Shown: positions 63,145 through 64,000 of the stretch, piece after piece | Layout: each line of letters starts with the position of its first letter | How positions within the stretch are numbered: the stretch's first letter is position 1 | Origin: Octopus bimaculoides | Taxonomy: Eukaryota | Direction: 5' to 3' | Length of the DNA stretch: 64,000 nt | Assembly (NCBI RefSeq): GCF_001194135.2 | Contig: NC_069006.1 | Coordinates: 7,046,066-7,110,065 of the forward strand | Notes under the pieces: generated by a model | Database searches by the model: none | Seen by the model: the letters and a program-made list of their open reading frames with translations, nothing else | What the model was told of the DNA's origin: nothing | Translations under genes and position numbers: made by a program

Positions 63145-63646
63145 AGCGCGTGCGGGCGCACGTGTGAATGAATAGTGTATATCTATACAGTTTGGAATTC
63201 CTAAATTGTGACCTATATTTCTCATTACCAGTGGTGGGGGGATAAATAGTGGCATGTGTGTGTGTGTGTGTGTGTGCACATGTGTATATTTGTATGTCAT
63301 CCTATATAAACTTTTAACAAATAATAACCTTTATATATTTTGGTAAATTATTCCCTGTACACTGGATTGGTCTACGTACAGCAATAACCTAGATGTTTTG
63401 TGCATGTGTGTGTGTGTGTGTGTGCGTGTCTGATCATCACCATCATCTTTTAGCATCCGTTGTCCATGCTGACATAAGTCGAATGGTTTGACCAGGGCTG
63501 ATAAGCTGAGGGCCTGCACCAGACTCCAGTCTGATTTGGCATGGTTTCTACGGCTGGATGCCTTTCCTCACACCAACCACTCCAAGAGTGAAATGGGTGC
63601 TGTTTGTGACACCAGTATCTGCCACAACTATGATTTCACATGGCCT

Positions 63647-64000
63647 GTCCACCAAGGTTCCGTCCTCAGCCCCCTCTTATTTATCATAGTCCTCCAGGCA
63701 ATCACAGAGGAGTTCAAGACAGGTTGCCCCTGGGAGCTCCTCTATGCTGATGACCTTGCCCTAATTGCGGAGTCACTATCAGAACTAGAGGAGAAGATTC
63801 AGGTGTGGAAGCAAGGTCTAGAATTTGAGGGCCTTAGAGTCAACCTAGCTAAAACCAAAATCCTAATAAGTAGGAAGGTAGATAAAACACAAACCCCTTC
63901 AAGTAGATGGCCCTGCTCAGTATGTAGAAAAGGAGTAGGTAGTAACTCTATAAGATGTACCCGGTGCAAGCTATGGACACATAGGAGGTGCAGCAACATC
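63647..64000 (+). mobile_element. RTE-type LINE reverse transcriptase fragment, 5'-truncated, runs off the window
   Basis: 118 uninterrupted codons: VHQGSVLSPLLFIIVL...ELLYADDLAL...GLRVNLAKTK...WPCSVCRKGVGSNSIRCTRCKLWTHRRCSNI; YADD at 63743-63754. Confidence 0.95.

Overview
Eukaryotic, AT-rich, repeat-dense draft genomic DNA with about 12 N-gaps (e.g. 21577-22246, 32097-32839, 35627-36277, 37620-38456, 50457-51141). The repeat families, microsatellites and LINE types look like Octopus or another coleoid cephalopod; this is inferred from memory of those families, not from a search. I see no CRISPR array, rRNA or intact tRNA gene. Almost all ORFs in the supplied track are microsatellite, SINE or N-gap artefacts. 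Well supported: (i) five dispersed SINE-like families (working names A-E) and many MITEs (piggyBac-type with TTAA, hAT-type, pogo/Tigger-type, long foldbacks); (ii) two pieces of one RTE-type LINE (42.7-43.6 kb minus, 63.6-64 kb plus with YADD) that together show a PHD-like finger inside the RT region; (iii) Tc1/mariner remnants (54.3 kb, 61.5 kb), hAT transposase C-terminal remnants (51.1 kb, 53.5 kb) and a C2H2-finger fragment (62.1 kb); (iv) a 36-bp minisatellite with a protein-like substitution pattern (56.1-56.7 kb). Less certain: a spliced gene probably runs leftward on the minus strand through about 1-21 kb from a CpG-rich domain at about 21.3-34.7 kb. I could not identify its product and its exons are only candidates. 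The most unusual items are the 12-aa His-Cys repeat ORF, a small inverted-repeat element with a head-to-head (TTAGGG)n/(CCCTAA)n core (44.7-45.0 kb), hammerhead-like Penelope remnants, and a TATA + hairpin + GGATTA cluster at 29.8-30.15 kb. Repeat boundaries are approximate (tens of bp) unless a TSD or splice site is quoted.
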